A program made the position numbers and the translations under genes. Below are positions 1-16,539 of a stretch of 64,000 nt of DNA, in pieces. Below the pieces are notes generated by a model. The model was given only the letters and a program-made list of their open reading frames with translations, made no database searches and was not told the DNA's origin. How positions within the stretch are numbered: the stretch's first letter is position 1; every line of letters starts with the position of its first letter. Source of the DNA: the human T2T-CHM13v2.0 reference genome, Homo sapiens; NCBI RefSeq assembly GCF_009914755.1, contig NC_060926.1; one strand, written 5' to 3'.

Positions 1-94
1 GTTCTACATCTCACTCCAAACTTCCACATGCAATTATTCCACCAGGCCAATGAGTGGGAATGGTCCATAAACTATGACTTCTATCCTCAGGGGT

Positions 95-607
95 TCCACT
101 TATCTATTGCTATGGAACAAATTATTCTAAAACCCAATGGTTCAAAACAACTACCATTTTATTATGTCATATGATGTTGCCTGTCAGGAATTTGGACTAG
201 GCTCAGCTGATGAGCCCACATCGTTCCACAAAATGTTGATGGTGATCACTCTGCTGTATGCAGCTGGCAGATGGCCAATGGCCTCAATCACATGTCTGAC
301 ACCTTGTAGGGAAGACAGATTGTTGTAAAGTTGGACTTAGCCAGAACTATCACCAGAGCATTTCTATGCAGCCCTTCTAGTATGGCAGCCTTAAGGTAGT
401 CGGACTTCTTACCTGGAATCTCAGGGCTGAAGAGTGATAAGGCAGAAGCTGCATGGTCTTGTGATCCAGCCTCAGTAACAGCCTCATGGCATCACTTCCA
501 TCATGCTTTTTTGGGCAAAGCAGTCACAAGTCTGCCCAGATTTAAAAAGAGAGGACACAGAGCTCTATCTCTCCATGAGAAGAGTGTCAAAGAGTTCGTA
601 GCCACGT
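95..607 (-). mobile_element. MaLR LTR, MLT1H/MLT1F-like
   Basis: ctattgctatggaacaa...aaaacaactaccattttatt...caggaatttggactaggctcagct...ggcatcacttcc...agtcacaagtctgcccagattt resembles old MLT1 LTRs. Confidence 0.65.
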
Positions 608-1111
608 TATGTGTTTCTTATATTAATTTATAATTCCTCTTCTTGACCAACCGTGGCCAAGAGAGTTGCCTCTGTTCCAGTCCCAACCATTTCCTCTTCT
701 TATGTCACCCAAGATTGCTAGCCCTCTTCTGCCTGTTCCGCACCTACTACATGTTCTTGTCTCCTGCAGTGTCATGCTGGATGTTCACATCCTATATCAG
801 GACCTATATTACACAAGGTTCTCAGTCTTTGTCTATGGCTGCATGAGGTATACACTAAGGTATTGAGTCTTTCTTAATTTTGTTTAAAGGTGCTATTGTT
901 GTTTGTTTAGTGCCAAGAATGGCTGCTCTCTCCATTGGCACTGCTTTCGCACTGTTCAGTTCCTGAGGCATTCTGCAGCTTCCTTATATACATATCAGCT
1001 CTGCATGATCTTTGCCAACTTAAAATTGTGCTCTCAGAGTAGGGTCTTTACTTGTCCTAATAGAATTTTTTGCTCCCAACAGTACGCTTGGGACAAAACT
1101 GCAAAATAGAT

Positions 1112-1325
1112 GAGAATACAAGCTCTGGAGTCAGAAAGATCTGGGTTTTTAATTACAGCTCCACCATTTACTGTGAGATCTTGTCCAAGCTACTTAATAT
1201 CTCTAAACCTTAGTGTCCTCATCTGTAAAATAGAGACAAAGGTATACACTTCATGGAGTTGTCAAAAGGATAAAGAGCATTGCATAGACGAAGCCATTAT
1301 CATATTGCCTGGTACTTGGTAACTA
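1112..1325 (+). mobile_element. MIR SINE
   Basis: gctctggagtcagaaagatctgggtt...tacttaatatctcta...cctcatctgtaaaat MIR core. Confidence 0.85.
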
Positions 1326-2461
1326 TAGTAATAGTAGCACTACTGGTAGTATCGATGGTGATTAACAATATCTGACTGATAAAGGACTACAATGGTTTAA
1401 AGTGCTGATAAAGATGGAAATGGACTTTTACACCTCCAATCTTCTCTCTATAGATACTTAAACTGAACTTAAGTAAAAATGTAGACATGCACACAAGTAT
1501 ACACATACCTGCATGTGTCAAGTTAAAATATTTATATTTTATTTTATCTAATAAAATATTTTTATTTTATACAGATATGTCAAGTTAAAATATTCATATT
1601 TCCCCTTTTCACCAGGTGTATTTTATTTATATTTCTTAAATGTCCATGTAGGTGTTTTCTGTCAGTCATTCATACCAGCATTTCAAGTAATTTTTACTAA
1701 GAGAATTTACCTGTCTTAGAAAAACATTCAGATGCAATTGTTAGGTTCAGCTGCTCCTAAAGAATACAGCATGATGAAAATGTCTCTAGAGCATCATAAA
1801 GAAACATTTCAATATTTAAGATGGCTGGATTGACTCCAAGGACTGAGAGACAGTCTGTCTATCACCAGCTCAGCTTCAGAAATACAGTTCTTGGCTCCAG
1901 TTTGCAGTTCAATGTATGTGATCAGTGCAAATACAAGGTGAATAAATCTTAAAGATACCGAACTAAGTTATTTCTCAACACAAGAACACAAGGGACAACA
2001 CATTCTTGATTAGTCGATGTCTGAGCTAGTATTTCATCTTGGACTAGCTGATGTGAAGGTTAATGTTATTGACTCCCTCTTTGAATCTTCTTTGGAGAAA
2101 AGCAATATTCTGCTTTGAATTGGTTATTACAGCAACACACTCCCCATATATAAGATCTGTCAATATTCCTTCATCTGGGAGATTCTTCAGGTCTAAGGTT
2201 TTACCGGTCATGACGTGAAGTAATCTACGTCACAATTCACGCGCAATTCACTTCACTTACACAGTTCAACCTTTCTGAACAAGTGAGAATCTTCCCAACA
2301 GGGACTATATTTACCTGTCATACATCCACAGCTGTGCAGAGGAAATAGAGTGGAGAATAGAGTTCAGGGCATTTTAGAAGCTCGGAAAATTTGTTTCTCA
2401 AATAACCAGTGAAGGATTGGTGTAAACATCGAAAGTTCCTAGGTTTGATGCAAGTACAGTA

Positions 2462-2935
2462 TGTCAATTCTCTAGGGCTGCTATAACAAAATACCTCAAG
2501 CTGGGTGGCTTAAACAGGAGATTATTGTCTCAGTTCTGGAGGCTACAAGTCCAAAGTCAAAGTGTTGGCAGAGTTGGTTCCTTCTAAGGATTATGAAGGA
2601 GAATTTATTCCATGCCTCTCTCCTAGTTTCTGGTGGCTCCAGGCATTCCTCGGCTTGTGGCAGTACAGTTCCAATCTCTGTCTCCATTTCCATATGGCTG
2701 TGCTTTCCGTGTGTGTTCATGCCATCTTCCTTCCATGCATGTCTGTCTCTGTGTCCAAAGTTCCTTTTTGTATAACCTTTATACAAGGTTACCAGTCCAT
2801 TAGAGTAGGCCCATCCCAATGACCTCATTTTCACTGTTACCACTGTAAATATGCTATTTTCAAATTATTTAAGATCATGTTCTGAGATATGGGGCGGGCC
2901 GGGGAGGGGGGAGGGGGTAGGACTTCAGCATATCT
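2462..2935 (-). mobile_element. MaLR LTR, MLT1C-like
   Basis: ctagggctgctataacaaaatac...ctgggtggcttaaacag...cagttctggaggctacaagtccaaa...taggacttcagcatatcttt. Confidence 0.85.
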
Positions 2936-3893
2936 TTTTCTTTGCATGCTTACAGGATGCAAAACTCTTGAGCCAAACAGAGTAAGGAAATGACACAGTC
3001 ACTTTCCAGCAATGTAGGCCCAGGAAAAATACCAAAGTAATACAAAAGATTCAATTCTATCCTGCAAAAATTATCTTTTCATTGTTTAATCTCCTTTTCT
3101 GAAAGCTACCATTAACATAATTTCAGTTTCAATCCTTGTGATTTAAACTTTTTTTTTCCCCTAACAGAAGAAGTAGTTTCTTCTGTTAGGTACAAGATTC
3201 CCCCAAGTTTTCTATGCCTTTTACTTCATTAGCAAGAGGGTTTGGTATAAACTGCAACCAACTCCTCTGCATTTTATTTTGCAGAGAGAAATAGATGTAC
3301 ATGGTAATTATCATTGGGCACGAGTTAGTTATAAATTGATGAAATGTCTTCCAGACATTAGAAAACTGACCTCATCATTCTCAGAAGAATGTTTTTCCTC
3401 TTTTCACCTCTGTCCTTCAGCTTCTTAGAACCAGCACCATCCAGGAAGGGTTTAAATAAGAACCTACAGTAGTTATGATGTTCCTAGGCCACAAATATTG
3501 CCTGTGCCAAGGATTAGGCTCCTGGAAACAGACTTTCAGTTTCTGTCAGGTATCCTTCAAGAAAGAACACTGTGAATCTGGGACTACCTCCTTCCTTTAC
3601 CAAAAGTTCATGTTTTAAGCCCTTGAACCTCCTAAAGGACTAGGTGGCCACTACCACATTAGAAATGAGACACAAGAGACTAATTAATAGAAAACATATT
3701 TGAATCCAACTTTGGACTTAGTGAGATTTGGAGATTGTACTTCACAGCAGAAGCAATAATGTGAAAAGTAAAGCCAATATAAGAAATGCTTAGGTTACCT
3801 TTGTAACTGCATCTTCCCCCAGATTGTGTGTGAGTTTTGCATATTCCAAAGTCAGAAGAAGAATAATGGCTCAAGAGACATATAAATACTAGA

Positions 3894-4210
<317 letters not shown>

Positions 4211-4640
4211 TGCTAGAGAGAAACCCAGTCTCTAGAACTTACAAGTCAGAGTTACAGAATTATAACGAATTCTAACAAATTTTAAAATGAAATGCCAAAA
4301 TCAAAGGACCACTTAGTGACATCTTATTTTTACCTGAATAATTGACATCACAGAAAATCAAGTTGTGGAAGGTACATCTGCAGTAACAACAGCCCCAGAT
4401 TTACGTACAACACGTGGATTTCTAGATCTTTCTAAAGGTGCCAACATGTGCTAGATGAAAGAAAAAGAAGTATTAGAATCATCTTCCCTAAACATGACTG
4501 ATAAATTCCAGAGAGAAAAGCCAGTTAGCTTAATGGTTGTTTGGCTGTTTCTGCTATAGAGTACTGGTTTTACATATTTTTATTTCAAGTGAAATTGTAG
4601 CTTTGCAATACATACATTTTATGACATCTCATAACATTGA

Positions 4641-5102
<462 letters not shown>

Positions 5103-5960
5103 TAAGGGAGATAGAATGTTGTTCACTTGAAAACTACAGAGGTCCAGAGTGGATGTGGGACTTGCCCAAACTCACCCAGAGGACAGGGCCACACCTGGGC
5201 ACTCCACACCCCTTCCATCCTCTTTTCATTTCTATTTCACATCCACCCCACTTCCAAACACTGTGCTCAAACACTTCAGCACCTGAATCACAGTTCCTCT
5301 CTCTCTCCTGTCTTTAACCATTACCCAAAATAACAGCATCATCCATCCACGTTGACCACAGAATCTGCCAGCAGCTCTTTCAACTCCGTTGCATGTTCGC
5401 CACAACTTTTATTTTCTCATCACTAGGAACTGCTCCCCTCTAAGATCGCTAGTCAGTCTCCCTTTCTGAAACAATCTCCTCACTTTCTTCTCCCGCTCCC
5501 AATGTATCTGTTCAATCTGCCTTTTGCCACAGTCAGTAAAAAAAATACTGATAGAGAACCTAAGAAATAGATGGAAGACCAGCTAGACATGGACACAGGC
5601 AACACTGAGTTTTACCCCTCAGCCTAGCCCACCCCTCAACCACATGGTCTCTCCCCATATGCCAATCCATATCTGCTCAAAAGACCTTAATTTTCTCCCC
5701 AGCAATGGATGGTCATTTCAGCATTACCCCCTGCAGCATCCTACAATCCCTCAATTCCTTAATCTTCCATCATTCCAATCCCTAAATCTGGATTATTTCA
5801 TATTTCTCATTCTCTACTCCCAGATGACCTTGCTGCTAGATAAGATCATAAAACTATTATGACTAGGTCCACCACAAATTCAAATTCTCCAGCTTGGTCT
5901 AAAACTTTTAAATAACTCTGCAAGACCCAAAGAGAACCAAAGAATGGGTAGATGTTTTAA

Positions 5961-7130
<1,170 letters not shown>

Positions 7131-7566
7131 GGGCTACACTACTGATTGTACCTTTTCCAGGACACTATGAAAGGGATTGCTTCACTGAGGGGAAATCCAG
7201 GTTGAATGGTCTGCCTTTACAGTTTATTCCACTCCTTACTTTCTCCTCTACTTGAACCTGAAGGCTGTCAATGTTGCCTACTGCTTAAACTCTCTTTTTG
7301 TCCCACTGTGGCACTTACGGCTCAACAACCTTACGCTCCTAGGCAGCAGTCTAAGGTTCCTGCCAGAAAGTCTCGAAATGACCACTATGGATGTCCGTGT
7401 GAATCCTGCTCATTGCACCTCCACCGACATGAAGCTCACACCATCTCTTAGTTTTCCCACTAGCATGGATGGGATGCTCATTCTTCATGCTCCAATGCTG
7501 TCTTGCCTCATTTATAATGACTTTATGTTAGTCAAAATAAATGTTTTTTCACTTCTGCCCTTATAG

Positions 7567-7731
7567 CAAAAGTAAAAGCCAGATGAACATCGCATCTTTG
7601 CTGGACAATACTTCAATACATTTGTAGCTGCGGTTGGCCTCGGTGGACTCTATTGTAGAGTGCAGCTTATGTCACTGATTTTGAAACATCTTTATGGTCA
7701 GTGAAAAGATCAAGCATTACCTCCAGTGATG
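7567..7731 (+). other. candidate non-coding exon (165 nt)
   Basis: Acceptor ttttttcacttctgcccttatag, donor ATG|gtaaga; stop codons in all three frames. Confidence 0.25.
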
Positions 7732-8755
7732 GTAAGAACCAAAGAGCCAGTTCCAGTAACATCCATGAGTATGACTCATACGTCTGATCAGTTGATTTAT
7801 AGTAAATCTCCCCTGCATGTATCTTGATAAAAGCAGACCTTTCAGGTTTCCTTTTTTAACTTAATGTTCCCTACCAAGGCTTTCCTTTTCATACTTTTCA
7901 GTTGTCAAGTTATTCAAATTTATACTTTTGCTCATTTACTATGGATATGATTGACTACATAATTCTTTTAAAAAGTCACCTGCAAATATAGTTACCTGAC
8001 CCAATTTAATATACACATGAAAAAAATAGGTCATACTCTAAACATTGTCTCTTCTTGTCTTTTTTCATTAAATTGCAAAAGATTTCATACAGGTCAGCAT
8101 AGCTGGCACCTCCTTACTTTCATTTCTGTAACCATTTTCTTTATTATTGATAACAGTTGTGACAATAAAAATAGTAATAATGCCTGCCTGCCTGCCTCCC
8201 CAAGAGCATAGACGTCTGGGTCCCTAGTACAGGCAGGCACTGAAATAAACAACAAATGCTATGTATCCTTTGTTTAACACCTTGAATGTCTTAACCAATT
8301 TGCCTTTAGTTACTATGCATTTCTAACAATTCTCAGTTACTAAAGGCAAGAGAGTGGTTAAAAAATTAAATTAAAGTTGCCTTCTCTCTTTTTTGTCCAT
8401 TTCACAGAGCAGCCTCACATTTTCAGTCTTTCAAGTCTCACGTACACATCACAAATCCACTGAAACTGGATAAACACTAGAGAAATAGTTTAGTTCTCTT
8501 TTCAAGGAAAAATGAAGGTCAGAATTTGTGCAGCAGTTTTGCCTAACCTTGGAGGTACCTAGAGAAGATGGATTAGCTAAAAGTGAGCTATTTCTCTGAG
8601 GAAAACATGAGTTTCAGGCTCACAATCTGGACTGTTCTCACCCAGAATAATTCACCCTTCCCTTATTAAATAAGCCTTTTGGAAATGTGACTTCATCCCT
8701 CACTATCCAGTGAAATAGGCATTGACTGGCTGATTATTTCTAGCATCACACTTAC

Positions 8756-8809
8756 CTGTCAAGAGACAGCTACAAGATGAACAGGTCAGGAGGTATACAT
8801 CAAGTTCTT
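8756..8809 (-). other. candidate 54-nt exon
   Basis: Minus-strand acceptor attttaatttttctatgtttcag and perfect donor CAG|gtaagt; one open frame (ELDVYLLTCSSCSCLLT). Confidence 0.35.
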
Positions 8810-8899
8810 CTGAAACATAGAAAAATTAAAATGATTAATAAAAGCCCCCATTTGGCCTACATTTTATTTTGTATTCCATTCCATTTACTAAACATTGAT

Positions 8900-9313
8900 G
8901 GAACTCTTATTGCCCCAGACAAAGTTCCCTTGAAAGTTGAAGCTGAGGCAAGGCTTAATGCTAAACTTTATTGGGAGGTGTGATCCCAGGTCAGCGTGAG
9001 TGATGGGAAAGAGAACTGCTGCAGGTTAGCAAGGGAAGAAACTACAAACTGTTGCAATGGCAAATCAGCCACTTCACAAACAGACATGCTCACTGGGATA
9101 GGTTGCACAGAAAGTTTTTCCATGGACTAGTCCATCGTGGGGTGGAAAACAGAAAAAGAGATTATCTACCAACTCCCTCACATCTCCTGCATCCTGGGGC
9201 CTTACAAGTCAGTTGCCATCGCAGCCTTTGGAGTAGAAGAAGAGGACCAAAGCTCTAGGGAGACAGGTGAAGGCCAGAAAATCTCAAGTGGCACACAAGA
9301 GGCATCTGGTACA
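8900..9313 (-). mobile_element. ERVL-type LTR (LTR33/LTR16-like)
   Basis: gctgaggcaaggcttaatgctaaactttattgggaggtgtgatcccagg...gaggcatctggtaca terminus. Confidence 0.45.
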
Positions 9314-9424
9314 CTTATCATGTGCAATAAATGTCTTCTATGCCATTTCCTAGTCTAATATGACTATCAAAATTAAAATTTACATACAATTAAACACATC
9401 CTACCTATATGTTCAAATCACAAC

Positions 9425-9808
9425 TGTCTTAGTCCACTTTGCATTGCTATGAAGAAGTTTATTTGGCTCATGGTTCTGCAGGCCATACAAAAAGAAAGGC
9501 ACTAGCATCTGCTTCTGGTGAGGACCTTAGGACGCTTCCAATCATGGCAGAAGGGAGGGGAGCCAGTGTGTCACAGGGTGAGAAAGGGAGCAAGAGAGAG
9601 GGGTAGGAGGTGCAAGGCTCCTTTTAACAATCAGATCTCACATTAACTAATAGAATGAGAACTAAGTCGTTACAGTAAGGATAACACCAAGTCCATCATG
9701 AGGGATCTGCCACTATTACCTAAACACCTCCAACCAGGGCCCACCTCCAACATTGGGGATCAAATTTCAACAAGATGCTTGGAGGGGACAAATATCCAAA
9801 CTATGTCA
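9425..9808 (-). mobile_element. MSTB-like MaLR solo LTR
   Basis: tgtcttagtcc...tttggctcatggttctgcaggc...ttccaatcatggcagaagg...ggaggggacaaatatccaaactatgtca; TG..CA ends; TSD acaac/gcaac. Confidence 0.9.
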
Positions 9809-9951
9809 GCAACTAAGAAAATGCCTTCTGATCAATGATTTCTTTTGAAGACCTATGTAATAATATACGATTTTTTAAAAAATTATTTTCACCTATGAAT
9901 CTCATTTATATTTCAATGTTTCAAAACAACAAACAAATAAAGAAAAAAAAC

Positions 9952-10284
<333 letters not shown>

Positions 10285-11149
10285 TAAAGCCCCTTGAGAC
10301 TAGCATAATTAAATAAATATTATATCGGGGCTTATAAGGAAACACTGAGAAACCAAGTGAGCTCTCAAAGTGCCACCTGTCAGAAAGGTGGTTAGGAAAG
10401 ACTCCGACTTCCTCAACAGAGTCATGCAAGCAATATATTTGCTGTGACAGAAGAAAGAAGGAGAAATTTAGGAAGAATAAACTACTCCCTTCCATAGTAT
10501 ACAAATAAATTATTTGTATGAAAGTAATATGAGCAATGCTGCAACTATGGTTATAATACTTTAAGTCTGTCTTACAGAGAAATTTTTTAAAATCATCTGC
10601 CTGAAATAGCTTTTTTATTATCCTACCAACTTTTCCACTGAATGATTTGTGCCAAAGTAACTCTGCATCTGATGCAATCTGAACCAGTATCATTGGGCAT
10701 ATCTTTGGACATATTTTTAATGTGATTAAGACACTTCAGCTCAGTCTAATAGCTTTCTTCGCCAAGGGTGTCTAAATGTTCTTAAGCTCGACAACTTTAC
10801 TATCACCACTGCCATTTATTTGGATTGAGTTGGAAATTCATTTTGGCAACAATGTCTGATATTAGTCTGAGAGGCACAGAAGAAAACTTAATTTTACTAT
10901 GCACCAAGTCTTACTTGCCATGAATTCAAGGTGCTTACACTGTTGATCCTAAATTATTGGACTACTTTTATTTTCAATTTGTCCAAAATTACTGAAAGAA
11001 CAAAAAGCAAAATCCTATTTCCCACATTTTGATTATTCTCTACCTACAAAGAGGATAAAAGATGCATTCAGGGTTTCCAAAATAGTATTGGGGGACTTTA
11101 TCTTGCTATAGGACTAGTCCACACAGAAGATGTTTTAGCCCCTAAACAT

Positions 11150-11520
11150 CTGCCTAACAAAGTATCATAGACTGGGTGACTTAACAGAAATGTATGGTCT
11201 CACAGTTCTGGAGGCTGGAAGTCCAAAATCAAGGTGCCAGCAGGGTTGGTCCCTTCTGAGGGCTCTGAAGGATCTGCTCCAGGCCTCTCTTGGCTTGCAA
11301 ATGATGGTCTTCACGTTCACCTGGCATTCTCCTTGTATGCATGTCTCCTTCTTTAAAGGACAACAGTAATATTGGATCAGAGCCCACCCTAATTATCTCA
11401 TTTTAACATGATTATCTCTGTAAAGAGTCTATCTCCAAATACAACCACATTCTAGGGTATTTTGGTTAGGACTTTAATAAAATACAAATTTGGGGTTGGG
11501 GGCAACTCAACCCATAATAC
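11150..11520 (-). mobile_element. MLT1B-like MaLR LTR
   Basis: taacaaagtatcatagactgggtgacttaa...cacagttctggaggctggaagtccaaaatcaaggtg...caactcaacccataatac. Confidence 0.85.
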
Positions 11521-11584
11521 TCTTGTATTTTGCTTAAAAGTCCTGCCATAGATGGGATCCTTTGGGTAATGGCAGAAGTTAAAA

Positions 11585-11825
11585 TTCAAGCTCTAGGGTC
11601 AAATTGCCTGGGTTCAAGCTCCAGACCTGCCCTTTGCTGGCTATGAGACTGAAAAGACGTCACTTAACCTCCCTAAATTCTGTTGTTTCTTCATCTGTAA
11701 AATGGAAATGATAATAGATCCTACACCACAGGATTGCTGAAGGGATTAAATGATCAATCCATATAAAGTGCTTAGCCTAGTGTCTGGCACAAAGTAAGTG
11801 CTCCTGATATGTTAGTTATCATTAA
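11585..11825 (+). mobile_element. MIR SINE
   Basis: cctgggttcaagctcc...cacttaacctc...tcatctgtaaaatgg...aaagtgcttagc. Confidence 0.85.
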
Positions 11826-12157
11826 CATGAATTATTATTAACCTAAAATCATACATTTAAACTGAAAAGTAAAGCTCACTGACCCAGTCGTAGGAGAAGA
11901 CACTTTCTATCTTTCCTCTCCAACCAACTTACAGCCCCCTCCACTTATGGCTGCATTTTAGATTAACAAGGACTCCCAAGACGAAGCGCTCAGGTTCGTT
12001 TTGTCCTATCAAGTCCTATCAAGGACTTGTTAGATTATAGAATTATAATGGCTGATTCCCATTTTACTCCACCCCTTAATGCCAACAGATTAAGAGGCAG
12101 AGCTGAGGTCAGTTTCTTTACTGACTAAATGTTCCTCTTTACATTGGGACCCTCTAT

Positions 12158-12368
12158 CAGGGATGTCCAATGTTTTGGGTTCCTGAGCCACGTTGGAAGA
12201 AGCAGATTTGTCTTGGGCCACCTATAAAATATGCTAACACTAGCAATAGTTGATGAGCTTTTTAAAAAATTCATAATGCTTTAGGAAAGTTTATGAATTT
12301 GTGCTGGGCTGAATTCAAAGCTGTCCTGGGCTGCATGTGGCCCACAGACCACGGGTTGGACGAGCTTG
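12158..12368 (+). mobile_element. MER30 hAT-Charlie MITE
   Basis: cagggatgtccaatgttttgg...ttgtcttgggccac...gttgatgagct...gggttggacgagcttg. Confidence 0.9.
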
Positions 12369-12739
12369 CTCTATAATGAGGCATTCTGCATCATAGCTTC
12401 CCTCCCACAACATCCATTTTCCATATCTAAGCAAGTCAGCTCTATTCTGCATTTCCTGTTTTTAAGCAGTTCATATTTCTCTTTTATTCAGCGAAAATTA
12501 GATTACCAATTGTTTTGGCTGTTGTTGCATTTTTTCCCAAACCTTCATTTACAAATTCATTAATATTCATGAAGGAGTTTATATATTAAATTTACATAAG
12601 TATGAGATAAGAGAGAACTCTCTGCTCCTAAGATTCTAGTCTTATGCTAGAAGACTCTATGGCTTGCTATAAATATCTGTTTTTATTGTTTTGCTTTCAT
12701 GTCTGGCTTATCTCCTACCTTCTTGTGGAGCCAGAAATA

Positions 12740-12935
12740 GAAATAACTGCTTAAGGTGATAGACACCCCAATTACCCTAATTTGATCATTACACATTGTG
12801 TGCTTGTGTCAAAAGATCACATGTTCCCCATAAATATATATGCCTATTATATATCCATAATAATAAAAAAATTATAAATAAAATAATTTTTTTAAAACAA
12901 AACTAAGACAAACTTTTCAAAAATAAAAAATAAAA
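12740..12935 (+). mobile_element. L1MA 3' end fragment with A-rich tail
   Basis: ggtgatagacaccccaattaccctaatttgatcattacacattgt...cccataaatatatat. Confidence 0.8.
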
Positions 12936-13091
12936 AGACCCATGTTCTGGGATGGGACTCTGACCACACCAACAAGCCTCCTTCTCTGGTGCATCTCAGG
13001 AAAGGGTGAAATTAGTTCACATAAACACCACTCAGCCTGACCAGGTCAGAAGATGTGTTTCCTGAAAGTCTAAACCTTCATTAAAGTATCC

Positions 13092-13675
<584 letters not shown>

Positions 13676-14104
13676 CATCTAACTATATAGTATTTGATAT
13701 ACTATGTCAAATATATAGTATACTATATATATATGATATACTATACTATATACTATATAGTATTTGATATTAGGCCAAGTTGTCATAAACCCCAATCTAA
13801 GGTTCCTAGTTGCTAAATATGTTAACCAACTAATTATAAGGCATTAAAGATGCACTTGACTTTTATAACCCTCTATTACTAACCACAACATACAAGGAAA
13901 AAGCTCTGCATTTCTGCATACAGTTAGAGCAAGGATTACATAACTCTTAGCACATACTCATACTTATCATATCACTGTTTTAAAGCAGCCAGAGATTTGT
14001 TCTCTCTGAATCTCCTTTGTAGATATTTAGATGTATAAAATAGCATTTGCTGCTTTTTAAAGTATGTCTTTCACAAATCAGTTACTGATAAAGGAAGAAA
14101 GAAA

Positions 14105-14320
14105 ATTAACATTCGCTGAGAGCATACTATATATCAGGCACTGTCTTGGGTGCCTCCACATGTATAGTCCAGGGAGATGAAGATTATTACCCTGTTTTTA
14201 TATGTAAGGAAACTGATACTAAGTAACATGTTTAAGATAACAGAATTCAGTAATGGTAGAGCTAGAATTCAAAATCAAGTTATTTTGATTTCAAAGTCAA
14301 TGCAGTTTCTACTACATCAA
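14105..14320 (-). mobile_element. MIR SINE
   Basis: caggcactgt...attattaccctgttttta...ggaaactga...gagctagaattcaaa. Confidence 0.75.
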
Positions 14321-14378
14321 CTAGATTAATTATATGGAATTATATATATATATAAGTGTTTTGGGGTAAAAAGATTTA

Positions 14379-14717
<339 letters not shown>

Positions 14718-14730
14718 TGTAACCATTTTC

Positions 14731-15062
<332 letters not shown>

Positions 15063-15822
15063 TAAGTCAGTTATCAGGCAAAATCATGTCATCTAACAGG
15101 ATCACAATTTTTGAACCAGAAGGTGCATTAGAAGACATGCCTAGCTCAACTCCTTCATATTCTGGATAAAGAAATCCCAAAAGGACTTGTGACATTGCCA
15201 GGATCACATAGAGAGAAGTGTACCTACAATCATTGCTCTCACTAAACACAAAAAGCAAAGAATAAATTATCTATACTTAGTAAAATTAAAAAAGAAGAGA
15301 GTTACATGAACAGAAAGTTATTCTGAACCATTTTTCATGGTTCACGCTGCTGCTAAATTGATCTTTTTTTAATCCATCAAATGAACTTTTCTTTCCATCA
15401 TCATATGCCCCAAATGAAGACCAAGAAAGTCAATTTCATACAACGTTTTGAATTGGTGGAGGCAACTGTGGGCTTCAGTAATCAAGGCCAACTCTTGTAA
15501 GCTACAGAAACCCAGCTGGACTTTGAAAGATGGTAGCAGTTGAACTTACATAGCAGAGTGCTTTTAGATGATCAGAACAAAGCCATGGATGAAATTGGTA
15601 TTTGCTCTGAGCTTTAAAAATCTAGAAAGCAGTTTCATAAACCCTTCCTCCATTATATCATACAAACCTGTAAATATTTTTAAAAAACAAATATATATGT
15701 GACTGTTTTTCAGCTAAAAATAAATACTTGTAAAAGTGCAAACAATACAGAGGTATATAGAGTAGAAAGTAAAGGTTTTCCTTAATCTTCTTCATGAATT
15801 TCATATACTTTCAGGTGTTTTA

Positions 15823-16335
<513 letters not shown>

Positions 16336-16539
16336 TTAAAATATTTTATTTTCTGATAGGCAGTGTAACCCATACATCAGCATTGGAGATGAAGCTGTAT
16401 TATGTGTTTGATTTGGAACAGAAAATAAGGGAGGCAAGGTTGAAGATAACAGTGAAAGTCCTCTAGGTGGGTTCTAGGTGAGAGCAAAGCCATCCAAAGA
16501 GCCCAGTTACTTTGGGTAAAATCGATTATAGAAATTGAA

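Noticed and set aside
2205-2260. Small CpG cluster with CRE half-sites
   Set aside because: Too short for a CpG island; half-sites are common
2496-2843. 115-aa ORF
   Set aside because: Lies entirely inside an MLT1 LTR
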